Below are positions 59,521-64,000 of a stretch of 64,000 nucleotides of DNA, one piece after another. The notes beneath the pieces were generated by a model. It was not told where the DNA came from, ran no database searches, and saw only the letters and a list, made by a program, of their open reading frames with translations. Position numbers and translations under genes: made by a program. The stretch is taken from the NCBI GenBank assembly GCA_937127445.1, contig CAKZLY010000023.1, positions 18,107 through 82,106 of the forward strand, read 5' to 3'. Position 1 is the stretch's first letter; every line of letters begins with the position of its first letter. Source of the stretch: an uncultured Ignavibacteria bacterium. GTDB lineage: Bacteria; Bacteroidota; Ignavibacteria; Kapaibacteriales; UBA2268.

Positions 59521-62040
59521 ATGAGCAAACAAAAACCATCTTCAAAAAAATCCATTACTCAAAAGCAAATTATTCCAGAAAAATATTTAGACTTGTTTTA
59601 TATTTTATCTTTGTTTTTGTTGATAATAACCTTTTTATCATCGGCAATTTTTGGGAATGGGTTTGATTCATCAGACACTTTATCATCTCTTGCATTTAAA
59701 ACTTATTTAGAAGATGCAAAGGCGAGCGGAAACTTCCCATTATGGATACCATATATTTTTTCAGGAATGCCATCATACGCCTCTTTACTTACAACTGGAG
59801 CAAGAATTTGGGATGTAGTTGCTCAGGTAGTATTTGGAATAGCTTCATTTTTCGGTGCTTTATTTAGCAGTGATGTAGCAAGGCTTGCTTTTTGGTATGG
59901 GTTTTATGGTATGGGAATATATTTATTAATCAAAAATAAAATAAATGATAGATTTATTTCATTTATCGCTGCATTTGCAGCTGTATTCTCGACGTGGGTA
60001 ATATTATGGGTTATGATTGGACACAACACTAAGCCCGTTGTACTGGCATTCGTCCCATATTTGTTTTTGTTTTTAGAAGAATTACAGGAAAAGTTCTCTT
60101 TGCTTGTTTCGGCATTATTGACAATAGCAATTCACTTGATGTTCGAAGCAGGTCATTTGCAACTGATTTTTTATTCATTTTTAGCAATTGGTATATACTT
60201 GATAGTTGAAATAATTAATAGACTGGTAACAAAAAATAATGTATTAGGGATATTTCGTTCAACAGGGATTTTAGCATTAGCAATTGGGATAGCATTCTTG
60301 ATGTCTTCTGATAGATACTTTTCTACTCTTGAATATACACCTTACTCAACAAGAGGAAGCGCTCCAATTGTCAAAAGTGAGAACCAACACCAAACTGAAA
60401 CTGGCGGACACGACTACGAATATGCAACAATGTGGTCGTTTAGTCCAGAGGAATTAATTACATTTATTGTTCCTAATTACTTTGGCTTTGGAAAACTCGA
60501 ATACAAGGGACAACTAACAGGAAATACATCTGTAAGAATGCATACTTACTGGGGACAAAAACCCTTCGAAGATGCAGCACCTTATGCCGGTATATTAGTT
60601 CTATTGCTTGCATTTTTTGGTGCGATAAGAAATTACAAAAACGTGTTTATCCAATTTCTAATTATTTTATCAATTGTTGCAATAATACTCTCATTTGGCT
60701 ATACTTTTCCGCTGCTATATGATTTCTTCTACTACAATGTTCCTTATTTTAACAAGTTTAGAGCACCTTCGATGATACTTGTATTAGTCCATTTTGCACT
60801 TCCGGTTTTAGCTGCATTTGGAATAAAAGAAATTATTGGAATGAGAGAAAATCTTACAATCAAAGATAAGAAAGCAATAAATATTTTAATCGGTATTAGC
60901 GGGCTAATCTTTATTTCTGGCTTTATTTTCTCAACAATATTTCAAACTACTTACCAGGAAGCAGTTGCTGCATCTAAATACGGGAAACAAATGATACAAG
61001 CATATGGCGAGACAACTTTTGCAGAAATCAGCAACTTTATTTTTGATGAAATGATTGCTGACTGGTATCGCGTTGGAATTATTGCACTAATTGGTAGTGT
61101 TCTGATTTACACTTATGCGCTTAAAAAGCTTTCAGGTGGTGCGTTTGCTATTGGATTGTTTATATTGATAGCAATTGATTTATGGCAGGTTGGCTATAGA
61201 CCAATGGAAGTAGCAGAAAAGAAAGCTGACAAAATTATGTTTCAAAAGACAGATATAATAAATTTCTTACTCGAAGACAAGAGCAAATTTAGGATTGCAG
61301 ATTTTTCTTCACAAATAGTAAATTTGCCGGCATATTTCAGACTTGAAACAGTTAATGGTTACCATTCTGCAAAGCTAAGAGTATATCAGGACTTGTTAGA
61401 TGTTGCAAATCAAGGTTCTACATCACAAGTAACAAATCCATTTTTATGGAACTTGCTGAATGTAAAGTATGTGATAACACCTCAACAAATTGGTGGAATG
61501 CAGCCAATTTTTCAATCGCAGCAAACTGGTGCGTTTGTATATTTCAATGCTGGATATACTCCAAGAGCATATTTTGTTGATTCCGTTGAAGTTATGAAAA
61601 ACATTGATATATTAAATAAAATTAAAGACGGTGCTTTCGACCCAAGAAAAGTTGCTTTCTTAGAAAAAGAATTGTCGAATAAATTATCTAAAAAATCAGA
61701 AAACAGAAAAGTAGAAATCAAAAATTACCAAAATGAATACATAAAAATTGAAACAGAAAATAGTTCAGATAATTTATTGGTGTTGTCAGAAATATATTAT
61801 CCAGTTGGCTGGAAAGCATTTATTGATGGAAAAGAAACGGAAATTTTCAAAACTAATTATGCTTTGCGTTCAGTATTTGTTCCGGCTGGCAAACATACAA
61901 TAGAGATGAAGTTTGAATCCACTGCTTTCGAAAAAGGGAAATTAATTAGCACTTCATTAAATATTGTGGTAGTTCTACTGCTTATACTTGGAATTTTTAT
62001 AGAAATCAAAAGGCGAAACAAATCTAAATTAGCTAATTAA
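59521..62040 (+). CDS. YfhO-family multi-pass membrane protein (GT-C-like)
   Basis: PLWIPYIFSGMP, GHNTK, HLQL, FNKFRAP, GYHSAKL, SEIYYPVGWKAFIDG...NYALRSVFVPAGKH. Confidence 0.88.
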   Translation: MSKQKPSSKKSITQKQIIPEKYLDLFYILSLFLLIITFLSSAIFGNGFDSSDTLSSLAFKTYLEDAKASGNFPLWIPYIFSGMPSYASLLTTGARIWDVVAQVVFGIASFFGALFSSDVARLAFWYGFYGMGIYLLIKNKINDRFISFIAAFAAVFSTWVILWVMIGHNTKPVVLAFVPYLFLFLEELQEKFSLLVSALLTIAIHLMFEAGHLQLIFYSFLAIGIYLIVEIINRLVTKNNVLGIFRSTGILALAIGIAFLMSSDRYFSTLEYTPYSTRGSAPIVKSENQHQTETGGHDYEYATMWSFSPEELITFIVPNYFGFGKLEYKGQLTGNTSVRMHTYWGQKPFEDAAPYAGILVLLLAFFGAIRNYKNVFIQFLIILSIVAIILSFGYTFPLLYDFFYYNVPYFNKFRAPSMILVLVHFALPVLAAFGIKEIIGMRENLTIKDKKAINILIGISGLIFISGFIFSTIFQTTYQEAVAASKYGKQMIQAYGETTFAEISNFIFDEMIADWYRVGIIALIGSVLIYTYALKKLSGGAFAIGLFILIAIDLWQVGYRPMEVAEKKADKIMFQKTDIINFLLEDKSKFRIADFSSQIVNLPAYFRLETVNGYHSAKLRVYQDLLDVANQGSTSQVTNPFLWNLLNVKYVITPQQIGGMQPIFQSQQTGAFVYFNAGYTPRAYFVDSVEVMKNIDILNKIKDGAFDPRKVAFLEKELSNKLSKKSENRKVEIKNYQNEYIKIETENSSDNLLVLSEIYYPVGWKAFIDGKETEIFKTNYALRSVFVPAGKHTIEMKFESTAFEKGKLISTSLNIVVVLLLILGIFIEIKRRNKSKLAN

Positions 62041-62045
62041 CTATA

Positions 62046-63017
62046 ATGAAAGATATAACTGTAAAATATAAGATACAGAAATTAATAGTTTCTGTATCTA
62101 TTATTTTGTTGCTGTGCAAGCTATTAGCATATCAGATAACAAATTCTGTAGGAATTTTGACAGACGCATTAGAGAGTATTGTAAATGTTGTAGCGGGACT
62201 GCTTAGCTTGGTAAGTATATCTGTATCAATAAAACCCAAAGACGACAGTCATCCTTTTGGACACGGTAAAGTGGAATTGCTTTCTGCTTCGGTGGAAGGT
62301 ATGCTAATTGCAGTAGCTGGATTTATTATTATCTATGAGGCGATTTATAGACTTTTTGTTCCGAGTGAAATTCAGAAACTTGATGTTGGAATTATAATAA
62401 TTGCAGCAGCAGGACTAATTAATTACATAATCGGTAGTTATAGTATCAATGTTGGAAAAAAGCATAATTCGATAGCCTTAATTGCTGGTGGCAAACATTT
62501 GCAATCAGATACATATTCAACAATTGGACTTGTAATCGGGCTTGTTATTTTATATTTTAGCAAGTTGCAATGGCTCGACAGTATTATTGCAATTGTTTTC
62601 GGTTCTATCATTGCAATTACTGGAATCAAAATATTAAGAAATACTGTTGCAAATTTAATGGACGAAGCAGATGCTCTACTTCTTGATGAATTTCTTGAAA
62701 TTATAAATAAAAACAAGCAAAATGATTGGATAGATATTAAAAATACAAGAATTCTGAAATACGGAGATACTTATCATATTGATTGTGATCTAATAATCCC
62801 TTGGTATTATAATATTAATCAAGCAACTGAACTAACAGAGAAGATGAAAAAGATACTGAATGATAATTTTAAAGAAAATATAGATTTAGCTGTTCATATT
62901 TTCCCTTGTAGACCGGGAAATTGTGTGAATTGTGCTTTATCAGATTGCAAACATCGCATTCATCCATTTGAAGGAAAAACAAACTGGACAATCAAACAAA
63001 TAATTCGTTTTAAATAA
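62046..63017 (+). CDS. Cation diffusion facilitator (FieF-like) with a Cys-rich tail
   Basis: TDALES, HPFGHGKVE, HLQSD, six TMs, LMD; tail HIFPCRPGNCVNCALSDCKHR. Confidence 0.92.
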   Translation: MKDITVKYKIQKLIVSVSIILLLCKLLAYQITNSVGILTDALESIVNVVAGLLSLVSISVSIKPKDDSHPFGHGKVELLSASVEGMLIAVAGFIIIYEAIYRLFVPSEIQKLDVGIIIIAAAGLINYIIGSYSINVGKKHNSIALIAGGKHLQSDTYSTIGLVIGLVILYFSKLQWLDSIIAIVFGSIIAITGIKILRNTVANLMDEADALLLDEFLEIINKNKQNDWIDIKNTRILKYGDTYHIDCDLIIPWYYNINQATELTEKMKKILNDNFKENIDLAVHIFPCRPGNCVNCALSDCKHRIHPFEGKTNWTIKQIIRFK

Positions 63018-63097
63018 TTTCATAATTTAGATATATCTAAATACAATTAATTTAACATTCATTACGTCATAATAATATGAATAATTAGGAATATATT

Positions 63098-63295
63098 ATG
63101 AGTAAGATTATCCTTAAAATAGCAATTGGAGTAATTATTGGTGGAATTGCTGGATATTTATACTATTATTTTATAGGATGCAATAGAGATTGTCCAATTA
63201 CTTCAAATTGGCTAATCTCTGTTATTTATGGAGCGTTTTTCGGCGCAATAATTGCAACACCAACAAAAAGAAGCAAAAATGGAAAAAATAACTAA
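63098..63295 (+). CDS. Small membrane protein, DUF6132-like
   Basis: GGIAGYLYYYFIGCNRDCPITS...YGAFFG; two TMs. Confidence 0.75.
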   Translation: MSKIILKIAIGVIIGGIAGYLYYYFIGCNRDCPITSNWLISVIYGAFFGAIIATPTKRSKNGKNN

Positions 63296-63494
63296 GAGCA
63301 CATATATAGAAGAACTATTAGAGATAAAACCACAGGCTGTATCTTATTTTCTTGATAAAGGTATTGCCTGCCTTGTTTGCGGAGAACCTTTTTGGGGAAC
63401 AATTGAAGAACTCGTTTTAAAAAAAGGATTCAGCAAAGAGCAATTGGAGCAATTCGTTGAAGAACTCAATAGATTGCCCGAAAAAATAAGTTGA
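63279..63494 (+). CDS. DUF1858-like small protein
   Basis: MEKITK...IEELL...P...GIACLVCGEP...TIEE; ATG 63279. Confidence 0.75.
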   Translation: MEKITKSTYIEELLEIKPQAVSYFLDKGIACLVCGEPFWGTIEELVLKKGFSKEQLEQFVEELNRLPEKIS

Positions 63495-63530
63495 CATTTT
63501 TTTCGTTATTAATTAAAAAATGGTGCGAAC

Positions 63531-63827
63531 GTGAAATCTATTAAAGTTGTTATTGGAGGAGAGGAATACAGTTTAATTGGTGATGACGAGGAACTTATTA
63601 TTAGGTCGGCAAATGAAGCGAACAAGTTAATTAATGAAATTAAATCGAAATATGACAAGGAGTTACCGATGCTTACAATTACAACATTGGCATTGGTAAA
63701 TTCAATCGAAACAATGGAAATAGAAAGGCGAAAATTGGAAGAAGAAAAAAAGTATTTGGTAGAAGAATTGGATAAGATGAGAGAATTCTTAATTCATTAT
63801 ATAAAGCAAAACGCTGATAAACAATAA
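63531..63827 (+). CDS. zapA: Cell division protein ZapA
   Basis: SIKVVIGGEEYSL...LALVN plus C-terminal coiled coil; GTG start. Confidence 0.85.
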   Translation: MKSIKVVIGGEEYSLIGDDEELIIRSANEANKLINEIKSKYDKELPMLTITTLALVNSIETMEIERRKLEEEKKYLVEELDKMREFLIHYIKQNADKQ

Positions 63828-64000
63828 GTTCTTTGGCATTCGGTCGCATCATACAAGTATTGTCGATGAAGAACTAATAGTATAACAATAGGGAGCTACG
63901 CTCTCGCCGGCAATGGGAGGCCTCAACCTTTTTGGAGGTAGCATTAATATGCTCAGTGGAACCCAGACCCGGTAAGGATAGCACCCACTGTGTGTTGGAG
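63828..64000 (+). ncRNA. ssrS: Probable 6S RNA; 3' end at or just beyond the window edge
   Basis: Directly follows zapA; closing stem 63831-63844 pairs with 63987-64000; central bubble; inner stem GGGAGCTA..GCCGG / CCGGT..TAGCACCC; GC-richer than its flanks. Confidence 0.8.

Noticed and set aside
63491-63519. TTGACA as a classical -35 box for zapA
   Set aside because: It overlaps the upstream stop codon, the matching -10 is poor, and other promoters here look TAnnTTTG-type.
1-64000. CRISPR array, IS element, prophage, recoded stop codons or frameshifted pseudogenes
   Set aside because: No spaced direct repeats, transposase or phage genes seen; conserved genes are full length under the standard bacterial code.

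Overview
AT-rich (roughly 30% GC by eye), densely coding chromosomal window from an FCB-group bacterium. Ca. Kapabacteria/Ignavibacteria-like is inferred from T9SS cargo proteins, a Bacteroidota-type RpoZ, recurrent TAnnTTTG promoter elements and the zapA-6S RNA arrangement. It is mostly core genes: uvrA (partial), coaE, tamB-like, rsmE, dnaJ, lgt, ppx, prmA, kdsC, pstS, ogg, rpoZ, mtgA, maf, mltB, ispG, lplA, ribD, uvrC, panC, glmM-like and zapA. It also holds three orphan histidine kinases, two large T9SS-secreted proteins, tRNA-Gly(GCC), initiator tRNA-Met and a probable 6S RNA at the right edge. I saw no transposase, integrase, prophage, CRISPR array or recognisable defence island, and I cannot point to one clearly new multi-gene system. 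The best leads are: a solitary UmuD-like peptidase that has lost its autocleavage site; a REC-HD-GYP protein that has lost its metal ligands; a Cys-rich sensor kinase coupled to pstS and ogg; a Cys-rich CDF/DUF6132/DUF1858 cluster; an exported amidotransferase-fold enzyme; an RBS-sequestering hairpin at lplA; and a 6S RNA with a branched apical domain. All family assignments come from motif recognition, not database searches.
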